DNA from: Gracilinanus agilis
Taxonomy: Eukaryota
NCBI RefSeq assembly: GCF_016433145.1
Contig: NC_058133.1
Location: forward strand, 458,484,590 to 458,548,589
DNA length: 64,000 nt
Reading direction: 5' to 3'
Shown one piece after another: positions 39,013 through 51,187 of this stretch (position 1 is the stretch's first letter; each line of letters opens with the position of its first letter). The notes beneath the pieces are model-generated. The model made no database searches. It saw nothing but the letters and a program-made list of their open reading frames with translations, and had not been told where the DNA came from. A program made the position numbers and the translations under genes.

Positions 39013-42000
39013 AGAGCAACCAGGCCCCCTGGTTACTGTCCTGCTCACCCCCCACCACAGAAAACCCAGTTCTAAAACCATTGGGATTTGGAAAATTAAG
39101 GATCCTGGTTAAGAGATAGTAACACAATGTCAGTCAACAAGTGATTAATAAATTAATCAGAGTGATTGATATATTAAGTGTGTGGCAGGTACTATAGATG
39201 TGAAGAAAGACAAAAACAGCCCAGAACTTTAAGGAACCTCACCTTCTAAAGATGTACTCAAAGTGCTGAATAGATTAGATGCCTGGCTTTTCATAGTTCA
39301 GTCACTTGCTAGGACCCAGGTTCTACTTAAGTGTTTGATGCTTCTTTGGGCCAGTGATCTCACTGGCACTAGCTATTCCTCCATTGCAGATGACAACCTC
39401 CTCAAGCCATCTCATCCTGGGTGATTCTTAGCCAGGTCCTGCTATGAGTCCTCCATAAGGGGACCATACAATGCACTGGAGGTCTTCCTTTGGATTAAAA
39501 AAATGTATGTGGACACTTTTCTGCTCTCCCCTTGTTCTGTTTCTACCCATATGACTCCTTTGCTGAATCATCATCCAAACCAACCCCTTTCCCCTCTAAC
39601 TGTAGATATATCTCATGCCTCTATCCTGGTCTTCTTCTCTTTCTCTGTTCTTTCTTGATGACCTTCTCAGTTCCATTGGGTTCAGTGTGGGCAGCTAGGT
39701 GACTCAGTGGATAGAGTACCTAACCTGGAGGCAGGAAGACCTGAATTCAAATCCAGCTGCAAATACTAGCCGTGTGACCCTGGGCAAATCACTTTACCCT
39801 ATTTGCCTCTGTTTCCTTGTAAAACAAGCTGGAGAAGGAAATGGCAAACTACTACAGTATCTTTGCCAAGAAAACCGCCAAGGAGATCACAAAGAGTCAG
39901 ACATGACTGAAAACGATTCGACGATCACAACCTTCCCTCTTAGAATCAATACTGTGTATTGGTTCTAGGGTAGAAGCGTTACAAGGGCTAGTCAATGGGG
40001 GTTAAGTTGCAACTTAGGAAGTAAGGCTAGATTAGAACCTAAACCTCCCATCTCTGGACCTGGCTTTGAATCCTCTGAGCCATCTTTGCCCTTGACTACT
40101 AAACATTTCAAGCCAAATGTCCCAAAGACACCTCAATCATTTCCAAAACAGAATTCATATTTCCCATCAATACCTTTTTCCATATGGAACTTCCCCTGTT
40201 TCTACAGAAGATATTTTTTATCCAACCTCCCAGGCTCACAAACTTGGCATTATTCTTAGTTCCTTATACTCCCCAGTCTACATATCTAATCATCAGTCGC
40301 CTGGTCTTGTTTCCATTTCACAACACATTTGGCATATGTCCCCTTCTCTTCATAAAGCCACAACCCTCGTTCAAGCCCTTATCACCTCCCACAAGGACAT
40401 TTGGGACAGCCTTCTAATGGGTTTCTGTCTCACCTCTTTCCCTGTTCCAGTCCATCCTCCACAGGATTTTCCTGAAATGCAGGTCTGCCCACGTCACCTC
40501 TCTCTTCAATAGACTTAGGCTTCCTCTTGCCTCTAGAGAAATGTGGGAATTCTCTGGCCTTTTATAGTTTGACCCCAACCCATCCTTCTAGTCTTCTTAT
40601 ATGTCACACTCCTTCCTGCATTCTATAATCCAGTTATACTGGCCTTCTCTATGTTCCTCATCCACAGAGTTTTATGGAGATCCTTCCCTGGACCCCTTAG
40701 GTTCAAATGGGCCAGGCACCATGAATTGTCTTGTATGAGAGTTTGGGGGCTCACTGCAGGCTTGTGCTAGGGCTTAGAACTTCAAGGTGTGAGAGTGGGG
40801 TATCTCTGCTGTTGGCTTAGACAAGGTCTCAGACTTTTGAAATTGGCTGGTGCCCAGATCCAGAACCTGGAGTAGGAAGTTGGCAGTTGGTACTCTTTGG
40901 TGTGGCTTTGCTGCCAGCTGTGCTTCCCTCTAACCCAACAAAAAAGACCCTCTCTGCCTACCTTCCAAGTTGTTTTCTGCAGTAGAGTTGCTTCACTCCA
41001 TCCCCTTGTTGGTTCTGTCACTCCAGGATTCATTCTGAGGTGCTATTTAAAGGTTAATTTGAGAAGATCCTCAGAGAGGTTCCAGCTTTCTGTGCTTCTA
41101 TTCTGCCATCTTCCATGATTTACTATAAAACAAATTGAGGGGGCAGCTGGGTAGCTCAGTGGATTGAGAGCCAGGCCTAGAGACAGGAGGTCCTAGGTTC
41201 AAATCCAGCCTCAGACACTTCCCAGCTATGTGACCCTGGGCAAGTCACTTGACCCCCATTGCCCACCCTTACCACTCTTTCACCTATGAGCCAATTCACA
41301 GAAGTTAAGGGTTTAAAAAAAATAAAAAAAAAAAACACAACAAATTGAACGCCAACATAATAAACCAAGCTTGCTTCATAGTTATTTAAACAAATGAAAT
41401 TCAACCCATAAAATGTATAAATAACTTTTAAGTTACTCCAATAAGGTTCTTTCTCTGCTCCAAACTGTTGTCTTTATGTTTTGGATACATCAGGAAAAAA
41501 TGAAGAGGAAAAACTATGCTAGTCTGTGGGGTAAGGGNNNNNNNNNNNNNNNNNNNNNNNNNNNNNNNNNNNNNNNNNNNNNNNNNNNNNNNNNNNNNNN
41601 NNNNNNNNNNNNNNNNNNNNNNNNNNNNNNNNNNNNNNNNNNNNNNNNNNNNNNNNNNNNNNNNNNNNNNNNNNNNNNNNNNNNNNNNNNNNNNNNNNNN
41701 NNNNNNNNNNNNNNNNNNNTTAAAAATTGTTGCATAGTCATCTACCTACATGCTAAGGGGGCTGAATGGCATCCATGTTAGCCAATTTGGACTTGCCCAC
41801 AAAAGTCCCCTTCATGTTAAGAAATTTGGCATGCCCAGACAAGTCTAGGTTATACATATAATACTTCAGTGAAAATCTTTGACAAATAGCACTTTTTATT
41901 GCTATTTCTCATAATGTTTTCCCAACAACAGAATTATTGGGTTTTATCGAGTATGATTTTTTAAAAACTTTAAATTCATTCTATTAGATTATTATCCAAA

Positions 42001-43369
42001 ATGATTCTACAAGGTTGTAATTTCAGTAGAACTGAATAAGTGTCCTTGTTTCTTCATAACTGCTAGCAATGAGTATCATTGCCTTTCATTATTTTTGCAA
42101 ATTTAATAAATATGAGATGGTACCTCAAATTTTCATTTATTTAATTTTTAATAAGATTAAGTATTTTTTGAAATGGTTATGAACAATTTGTGTTTCTTCT
42201 TTTGAAAACTATTCATAGATGAATGGAGTTACCTTTGTAAACTTTTAATTGCTTACATATCAGGGTTTTTTTTTTTGTCTAGCATAGTTTTTAAAAATAG
42301 TCTATCTAGTCTTTGATTTTAGTTATANNNNNNNNNNNNNNNNNNNNNNNNNNNNNNNNNNNNNNNNNNNNNNNNNNNNNNNNNNNNNNNNNNNNNNNNN
42401 NNNNNNNNNNNNNNNNNNNNNNNNNNNNNNNNNNNNNNNNNNNNNNNNNNNNNNNNNNNNNNNNNNNNNNNNNNNNNNNNNNNNNNNNNNNNNNNNNNNN
42501 NNNNNNNNNNNNTCATCTCAAGGTCTAGGATTACATAGACCAGATTCAATCTCCAAGATGTTTTCCTTAAATCATTCTTTCTAGTTGTGTTACACTCTCC
42601 CTAACCCTTGTACCTGAGAATTCTTAGAATACATTCATGACTTGTGTCTAATTCTCTGCAGAGGAAAATAAAAGGTTCCTCAGAATCCACATAAGTCTAT
42701 AATAGATCCATGTATGGGTAACATATATTGGATGAATGGGAATATTTATAAGGTAAATGCATACATTGGATTTAGGAATAGCCATTATTCTACCCCATGG
42801 AAACCATGTGAAGAATTCAATGTAGTCCATGAACAATTAGTTTAATTGTTCTCTCATGAACTCTACCTTTTCCTAGTCTCCTGAAGACTTCCAGAAGCCC
42901 ACCCTATGGTTCAGACTCTGCTCAGAAAACAAATCTGGGGTTGTACAGTTTCTTTGGCAGATAGCATAGTGGATAGCATGCAGCTCTAGCAGTTCAAATC
43001 CTGCCTCAGACACTTCTCTGTGTGACCCTGAGCAAGTAATTTAACCCTGTATTTCTCAGTTTACTCATCAGTAAAATGAGCTGAAGAAGGAAATGGCAAA
43101 CTGCTCCCAGATCTTTGCCAAGAAAACACCAATAGGGGTCAGAAAGAATCTGACACAATTAAAAAAAATAAACAAACAACAAAAGCTTATCTGTTGAGGA
43201 TCCTCTACTGGGGGCACCAAGACATTAAATTAGAACTTGCCCAGGATCAACTATGTGTTGGAGGCAACACTTGAACCCAGGTCTTCTGACTCTGAAATCA
43301 GCTTTCTGTCTACTTTTTCACACTATCTCTCAAGTATTGACCTTAATTCCTGGCTAAGATAATACTGAA

Positions 43370-43560
43370 AAAGAAAAGTGTAGCCCAGTTTCCCTAATGA
43401 GTGTAAATGTTAAAGTATTAAATAAAATATTAGTTAATTCATCATGACCAAGTTGGGTTTATATCATGTATCAAAGACTGGTAAAAATCAAAAAAATTAT
43501 CAACATAACACAAAAAATTAACCAAAAACATTTTTAAAAACCCATATGATTTTATCAATG
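43370..43560 (+). mobile_element. Old L1 ORF2 internal fragment
   Basis: Contains attcatcatgaccaagttgggtttat (IHHDQVGFI) and the KILNKIL and HMI motifs. Confidence 0.75.
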
Positions 43561-44683
43561 ATTACATAGTTTGCATGGCTTTCTAACTATGGAGGAGAGA
43601 GTAATTCGGGAGTTTTTCTAGCCTATGGTTGGCCCAATTTGACCCAGCAGAGGTCAGTGAGCCACTGATTTCTGGAGATTTTTACCTTAGTAGGTTACAT
43701 GCAAATTATATGCTAGATAGTATGACCAATATTTGGTGGGCTTAAGGATGCCTTGACCATAAGCTGCACTAAGGTTTTCAAATGAAAAATTTAAGAGAAA
43801 ACTTGAACATCTAGAAATCTAGTTCTTTTCCTGCCCCAGTCTTTGCTTACATTATTCTCTATGCCAGGATATATGTGGGCTATAAAATATGGAGTAATTT
43901 CAGGATATTAGACATTTTGGCAATAAAATAAGATTATATATATATATACACATAAAAATAATTCAACTGTTTCAACTAAAAAAATTTATGTAGAAAATAT
44001 TATGTCATCATTGTATAGTGAAACATATTTATAATGTCCCCTCCCTTCTAAGTTGTAAGCTTTCTGTGGGTACAAATGATACATTAAAAAATACATATAC
44101 ATATAATTTTATATATTTTGCTAAATTTTCTTTATTATTATTATGAGCTTGGCATACCTCACCAAACATGAGATATATACATATACAAAGCAGAAAAGAA
44201 AATTACATGCAAAACGATGACTCTATTACATATATTTTATTCGAGTATATATTCAGTTATCCAAGTATATATTCAGTTTAACATAGTAGTTCCAATACTG
44301 TCTATAGATAATTTAATTATCTTTGTCTCTCCTCTATTGTGCCTAGAACTGTGACTTACATATACTAGTCATAAAAAAAAAATGATTGATGGGTACGAGA
44401 ATGAGTGAATGAGTCAGTTGTCCACTGCCCATTGATTTCTTTCTTTTTTTTTAAACCCTTAACTTCTGTGTATTGGCTCATAGGTGGAAGAGGGGTAAAG
44501 GTGGGCAATGGGGGTCAAGTGACTTACCCAGGGTCACACAGCTGGGAAGTGTCTGAGGTTGGATTTGTGCCCATTGATTTCTAATGGAATTTCATTATTT
44601 ATTCATTGGACTCTTTTGATATGTTGTGTGTCCTACAAGGTGGAAAACTAGCAATCTTTGGTCCTTTTTTTTTCCTTTTCCAG

Positions 44684-44861
44684 ACACAGCTCATGTACAA
44701 ATGGGCAGAACCCAAAATTTGCAGTGAGGATCTTCCAGGAGCAGTAAAACTTCCAGCCTCTGGAATGAAGACCCTTTGCCCACCCTGTAACCCAGGTTTC
44801 TTTAAAACCAACACCAGCACCTGCGAGCCTTGTCCCTATGGCTCTTTCTCCAATGGCTCAG
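44684..44861 (+). CDS. ELAPOR1: ELAPOR1 exon 9 (178 nt): [59 protein letters not shown]
   Basis: ttccttttccag acceptor; gtaacc donor; within ORF 44606..44995. Confidence 0.96.
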
Positions 44862-45798
44862 GTAACCTGTACTTCTTACTTCATATCCTGACCTATTGCA
44901 CTATCCTCAAGGGGGGTCCCATGAGTAGATTGATAATACCCCCATGGACACTGAACCCAACCCTCTTATCTCCTGAGGATTGTGTTAAGAACTAGATACC
45001 TCTGACCTGAGGGGGAGCGCAGGCTTGAATGCCATCCTGGGATACAGGACACCCGTGTTCTAGTGCCATCCCCTTCAGAGTCAAACTTCATTATTATTTT
45101 TTCATTCAGAGATATTTTGTTTTCCTGATTACATGTAATAACAATTTTCAACGTGTGTTTTCCAAATTTTCTCCCTCCCTTCCTTCCCTCCCCCCCTCTC
45201 AAAGATGTTTGGCAATTTGATCCAGTTTATACTAGAATTAAACTTGAAGATCTCTTCCCTCCCTTCTTCTAGCAGTGAAATCTAACAGGCACTGGCACAA
45301 GCATGCAGGAAACACTTCGATATTAGGTGCCTGGGTCTTAACAACAAAAGCTATGCAAAAAATGTTATCACCAGGTTTCCTGACCCAAGATGGTAGCCTA
45401 ATTGGACGCAGCAGAGTCTAGGAATGATGAAGAAGAAAAGATTGGGGGATGATTTCTGTACATTCCAACCTCAGGAAATTGCATCCAATACTATGTGATG
45501 GGTTTAAAGATGTCCTGAACTATAAGATACACCAGGGTCTTAGCTTGAAAAATTTGGGGAGAAGCCTGAACTTGTGGGCATCCCACATTTCTCTGTCTTT
45601 TTTGCCATTTTTCTCATCATTCTCTGTGCCTCAATCTGCCTATAAACTGGCCTTGTCATTTTGGAGTTTATTAAATAACAGTAAATGAGAATTACTTTTT
45701 TTTGAGGCTCTTATTGCCATTAACCAACATAGCTGCAGCTCCAGTTTGAATTGATAGTCTTTTTTCTCAGTTAACTCTTGTGTTTCACTTCTTGTCAG

Positions 45799-45927
45799 GC
45801 TGTATCAACTGCCCAGCTGGGACCGAACCAGCCCTGGGTTTTGAATACAAATGGTGGAACACATTGCCCACAAATATGGAAACTACTGTTCTTAGTGGAA
45901 TCAATTTTGAGTACAAGGGCATGGCAG
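45799..45927 (+). CDS. ELAPOR1: ELAPOR1 exon 10 (129 nt): (G)[42 protein letters not shown]
   Basis: cttcttgtcag acceptor; gtaagg donor. Confidence 0.96.
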
Positions 45928-46429
45928 GTAAGGACCCCTCCTTTTCCCCCCTACAACTCTCTCTGTTCACCTTGGGGGCTCTATGATATTCCCTGGTGTT
46001 ATTGATGCCTTTTAGAGTTGGGTATTGCTTACTAAATCTTTTTTGTCCCAATAATTTTGAGGTCTCTTTTTTTAAAGCCCTCCCCTTCGCTCTTATAATT
46101 GATAACTAAATATCAGTTCCAAGGATGAAGGGTGGTAAGGGCTAGGCAATTAGGGTTAAGTGACTTGCCAAGGGTCACATAGCTTGGAAGTATCTGAGGT
46201 CAGATTTGAACCCAGGACTCCCCCATCTCCCAGACTGGTTTTTCTATCAACTGAGCCAACTAGTTGTCTCTCATTTCAAAGTCTTTGACCAAAGAAACAA
46301 GATCACCTCATGGACCATGTAACTGGGGACTGAGGAAATTCTTCCTATTCCAAAACTCATTTTGCTTCCTTCTCCAAGTTTAATCATAATAATCTATCCT
46401 ACTGGTCACTCTTCTCCCTCATTTTCCAG

Positions 46430-46520
46430 GCTGGGAGGTAGCTGGTGACCATATTTATACAGCTGCTGGAGCCTCAGATAATGATTTCATGATCCTTACG
46501 CTGATTGTACCAGGATTCAG
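46430..46520 (+). CDS. ELAPOR1: ELAPOR1 exon 11 (91 nt): (G)[29 protein letters not shown]
   Basis: attttccag acceptor; gtgagg donor; phase 1 to 2. Confidence 0.95.
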
Positions 46521-47341
46521 GTGAGGAATATAAACTGCCGGAGAAGGGGTTGGAGTTGAAGCTGCCACAAAATGCTACATTTTTCTAAGGGGCTGTGAGG
46601 CTTGAAATCCATTGGATCAGAATTAAATCACGGTTTCCTAACTGTGGCACACGCAAGTTTACCCTGCATAGCCCCCTATTGTCTTGCTACTCAACAAAGT
46701 TATGGCAAAGCTAGAAGGAATGTTGGAGATTAGTCCAAAACTTTATTTTACAGATGAGGAAACTAAGGCCCAGGGTGTCTAAGTGACCAAAGTCACACAT
46801 CTCTTCAGTCTCAGACCTACTCCATCACAGACGTTCATGACGCATGGGCAGGCCAGTTTTTCTCCCAGTACACAATGTTGCCATCTCTCATTCTTGTCCC
46901 TCACAGTTACAGAAAGGACATTGAAATCTGGCCTCTCCTTCCTCATGCTTCATGAGGGGTTTCTGGTCTATCCTGTCTCTTGGGAAGTAGCCTGAGAAGA
47001 GGGATTATCCCTCTTATTCATCCTGATGTTCTCGTTAGCCAAGAAGTATTATTTAAATATTTTCTCTTCCCTTTTTAGGGAGGATACAATAAGTTATAAT
47101 GGTAGAAATATTGGCCTAAAAGTAAAGAGACTTTGGGTGTCTAGTCATGGCTTTATCATTGGACAAATCACTTTTAAACCTTGGACAAATCACTCAAGAG
47201 GGGCCTGCTGCCTTATGTATATAAATGGGTTGGACTAGATAGTCTTTCAAGTTTCCTCCAGCACTAAAATTCTGATTCTCCTGGCCTTGGGCCCCTGTGA
47301 GCCCAGCTAAGATAATCCTTCTCATTTGTAAGCTTAGAAAT

Positions 47342-47707
47342 TGTTACGATTAAAAATGAAAAAGACTGATAAAATAAGAGAAATTAATATTTTAATAGCC
47401 ATGGCTTTGTTGGTTATATATATATATAAAGCCTCTCTTGACTACCTTTAAATTTACCACTGGTGCCCATCCTCTGTCTCTTGTATGCCAGCCAGCCACC
47501 CAGGAAAACTAAGAGGCTTCCTCTAGGCCCTCCTCTGAATTTAAGCTCCCTATGCATGGGGACATTTGATGTCCCCACACCCAAAAACCAGAAACCCATT
47601 GGAGTTACAGGAAATGTGGATCTGTAAACATAGACAACTTCTAAATTTCTGGAATTTGGGGAAAAAAGAAATAGATGAACAAATCGATAAAACTAGCCAC
47701 ATTGACA
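47342..47707 (-). mobile_element. Probable solo LTR (copy A)
   Basis: TGTTA...TGACA termini; ATTAAA near the minus-strand 3' end; about 200 bp shared with copy B. Confidence 0.55.
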
Positions 47708-47917
47708 AAAAAAAAAAACAAAACAATTTAGGGGCAGTCCCTATTGGCATAGTAGTGTACTTTCAAAACAAATGCATTTAGCTCATTCAGCTCCCCATAG
47801 TTCAAATCAACTGCACCCAAAGTTCAATTTTGCTCTACATGGTCCAGTGAAGGGTGTTTAGGCATCTTTTGGTGCCTCCACCAAATAGGTTCATTGTTCT
47901 CTGGATTCTGGGGAGAN

Positions 47918-47951
<34 letters not shown>

Positions 47952-48186
47952 CCACGCTTGACTATCTTTTAAATTTACCGCTGGTGCCCATCCTCTTTCT
48001 CTTGTACGCCAGCCAGCCACCCAGGAAAACCAAGTGCCTTTCTCTAGGTCCTCCTCCGAATTTAAACTGCCCTATGTGTGGGGACGTTTGACATCCCCAT
48101 GCCCCAAAACCGGAAACCGAAAATCCATTGGAATCACGGGAAATGTAGTCTCACAGTCCCCACGTGTCCATGGGAAATTTGTAACA
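47918..48186 (-). mobile_element. Probable LTR of a related family (copy B), 3'-truncated at (TA)n/N
   Basis: Minus strand starts TGTTACA; homologous to copy A; CpG-rich. Confidence 0.55.
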
Positions 48187-48219
48187 TATTTTTAAATGGC
48201 ATTTCCCCAATTCCAAACA

Positions 48220-48702
48220 TACAAAATTAATATATAATATCTCCAAGTATTATATTTATTTTTATTTGATTTATCTTTTATTTATTTTATTATTGAGATG
48301 TATTAATTCTTTATTAATTAATTAGTTTTATGTGTTGTATTTTATTTATTATTATATTTTATTAATTCTCATTAATATTATATATCATTATGACATCATA
48401 TTATATATTATATATGTGACATAATATATTAATACAGCACAATATATTATTAGTAATGAATGTTATATTCATAGTAGTAAATTATTATTCTGTTTTATTT
48501 ATTATTTATTAATAACAACTTGAAGTAAAAGAAAATAAAAAGCTAAAGTAAAAAGGGAGCTAACCCAGCCACAGTTGGGAGAGAAAAGAGTGAGAGGGTG
48601 GGCTTACAGCAAACTTATAAACAATACATGAAGATGCAAGCAGGATGAAGGGGAAAGGATTCTGGGTAATGTAGTTCAGGGGTTCAAGATTTTCTAATTA
48701 CA
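48220..48702 (-). mobile_element. Probable third solo LTR with an internal AT-rich expansion
   Basis: Minus strand starts tgtaattagaaaatcttgaacccctgaactacattaccc and ends aatataatacttggagatattatatattaattttgta. Confidence 0.45.
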
Positions 48703-49319
48703 CACATCCAATGGCAGACAGAATCATCACTTTTGGAACAGAAAGCCTGAGGAGATGAGATCCTCAGCTCCAAGGTAGAGAGCCAGAATGGGAGGCAAAG
48801 TTGGAACTGGATTTCTCCAGAGCCAATGTGAATTCTTTCTTCCATTTGTGTTTTTGAAGGGCTGGTCAATTGATCAACTTTTCCTTTGCCAGTGTAATGT
48901 CACCTTTTCCTCCTTCCTACTCTCCAAGTATTCCTTTCATTTGAATCCCGTCATGAGAAGATTATCTAAACTTTTAGGGTTTTTATTGATTTCCAAGAGA
49001 GTCCTGCTTTGGTCAAATGCATCATCATCCTCAGCCCTCAAAGCTGTTTCTCTTGGTTCCCCATAAGTCTGAACTTTAAACACATTTAGGGAAGGGAAGG
49101 ATTGTTGTACCCTCAGTATAGAGATCCTGATGGGATGTGATCTTCTGGGTAGATACAGTCAGGTCTTCATTAAAGAGACGAGGCTAGAGACCTGCGGCCG
49201 TCTTTCAGAGCACCCCGCTCCTCTTCCTGCCCCCCCTCTTCCTTTTGGCTTATGCTGCTATTTTTTAAAATAACTATTTATGGGCCCCCAGAAGTGACAT
49301 TTGGCTTCTGCTCCCACAG

Positions 49320-49425
49320 CCCTCCGCATTCAATGATGGCAGACACAGAAAATAAAGAAGTGGCCAGAATTACTTTTGTCTTTGAGACTGTGTGTTCCGT
49401 GAACTGCGAGCTTTATTTCATGGTG
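49320..49425 (+). CDS. ELAPOR1: ELAPOR1 exon 12 (106 nt): (S)[35 protein letters not shown]
   Basis: ctcccacag acceptor; gtaggt donor. Confidence 0.95.
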
Positions 49426-49775
49426 GTAGGTTGCTTCCCTGCCCTCCTGAAGCTCTTGTTGGGACCAGAGGGAGGGTTATCTTCATCCACTAACTGTATT
49501 GACCAGTGTGTGGTCAGTATGGGATGGGGGGGGGGGGAAGGAATGGTATTTCAGTGCCCATGGGGAGACTCAGAAGAAGAAGGAGGAGATGCCAATCTTG
49601 TTCTCAGAGTATTAATAGACTAATTTTGAGTCTTGCAATCATTCTAATTAGGGCATCATGCTCTGCTTCTTCATTCATTCACCACCATGAGGAAGACAGG
49701 GTGGAAAGATCAGGGTAGGTAGAGGGGGAGAGTTCAGACTGCTCTGCAAAAATTCTATCTCTGTTTTGGATTTAG

Positions 49776-49913
49776 GGAATGAATTCCAGGACCAACACTC
49801 CAGTGGAAACATGGAAGGGACCGAAGGGCAAACAGTCCTATACCTACATCATTGAGAAGAACTCCAGCATGAGCTTCACCTGGGCCTTCCAGAGGACCAC
49901 CTTCCATGAAACA
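49776..49913 (+). CDS. ELAPOR1: ELAPOR1 exon 13 (138 nt): [46 protein letters not shown]
   Basis: ggatttag acceptor; gtaagt donor. Confidence 0.95.
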
Positions 49914-50390
49914 GTAAGTCTCTCATCCCCAGGAAGCATCATTGCTCAGGAAGAGACAGTTGGAGCAAGGACGAATTCTCAGGACTAGCCCAGGAGGGGA
50001 GCGGATGCTTCGAACACTAGGTTTAGAAGGACTTTAAGAGATCGTCTCCTTTATCTCCTCCTAACCAAGCTGGGATGCTTATTTCTCCTAACTGGATAAA
50101 TCACCCAGACTAGGCAAGTAGGGATCTATCCTATTCTTAATGCTCTTCTGGGTAAGTAGTACCATAACCCTCCTAGATAACCAACCCCAGAACCTAATAA
50201 CCTCTGTTGTTGTTGGGTTTTTGGTGGTTTTTTTTTTTTAGCTAACACATATATAATATATATCATAATAATATAATATGTACATACTACCCATATTATA
50301 TGAATATATGTAATAAATTATGATTATCCAAGAAATTTCCTTTGTGCCTATTTCTAGATCAAATGGAGGGAAGAGCCTTATATAATAGGT

Positions 50391-50584
50391 CAGTGATTGC
50401 CAAAGTGGGCGCTACCGCCCCCTGGTGGGTGCTGCAGCGATCCAGGGAGGAGGTGATGGCCACACTTTTTTTGTATTACATTCTATTCTGAGTTCAATAA
50501 ATAGTTTCATAATTTCCAGGGGGCGCTAAGTAATATTTTTTCTGGAAAGGGGGCAGTAAGCCAAAAAAGTTTGGGAACCCACTG
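50391..50584. mobile_element. hAT-family MITE, 194 bp
   Basis: Imperfect TIRs CAGTGATTGCCAAA / TTTGGGAACCCACTG; perfect 8-bp TSD TAATAGGT at 50383 and 50585. Confidence 0.92.
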
Positions 50585-50923
50585 TAATAGGTGTTTAGCA
50601 AATGGTTAGTTGGTTTATATATAATTATACATTATCTTATATATATATAATTATATATTATTATTATATATATGGCCCTATGAATGATATTTTATATATA
50701 TATAAATAAAATATATATTATAAACCATTAGTAATGGTTTAGTATGGATGGTAGGCAGAATGAATAAATTAAACAGAGTAGTAGAGTATTTCTTGCCTTA
50801 TTTGTGAATTGTAGGATAAGAGATCAATCTGTTGTTATCTAAGAGCCTCCACTGTGGGCTCTTCCCCTGGAGCCCAAATCCTTATTATCCTTTTTCTCTT
50901 TCTCCTTGCTCTCTTGGCTCCAG

Positions 50924-51187
50924 GGTCGGAAGTACACCAACGACGTTGCCAAGCTCTACTCCATCAATGTCACCAACGTCATGGATGGCGTGGCCTCCTA
51001 CTGCCGCATCTGTGCCCTGGAGTCCTCTGACTCCGGCTCCTCCTGCACTTCTTGTCCTGCTGGCTACTACATCAACCGAAACTCTGGGGCCTGCTACCCC
51101 TGTCCAGCTAACACATTCCTGAGGGCACACCAGCCCTACGGTATCCAGGCCTGTGTACCCTGCGGCCCAGGGACCCAGAGTAATAAG
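50924..51187 (+). CDS. ELAPOR1: ELAPOR1 exon 14 (264 nt): [27 protein letters not shown]...[12 protein letters not shown]
   Basis: Long pyrimidine tract then cag; gtaccc donor; within ORF 50906..51247. Confidence 0.96.

Noticed and set aside
47342-48186. LTR copies A and B as the two ends of one deleted provirus
   Set aside because: Different 5' ends, roughly one-fifth divergent, and no PPT or PBS between them
23256-49190. Shared 15-mer agacgaggctagaga at about 23258 and 49175
   Set aside because: The first copy is within a CR1/L3-like tail; an isolated match with no flanking homology
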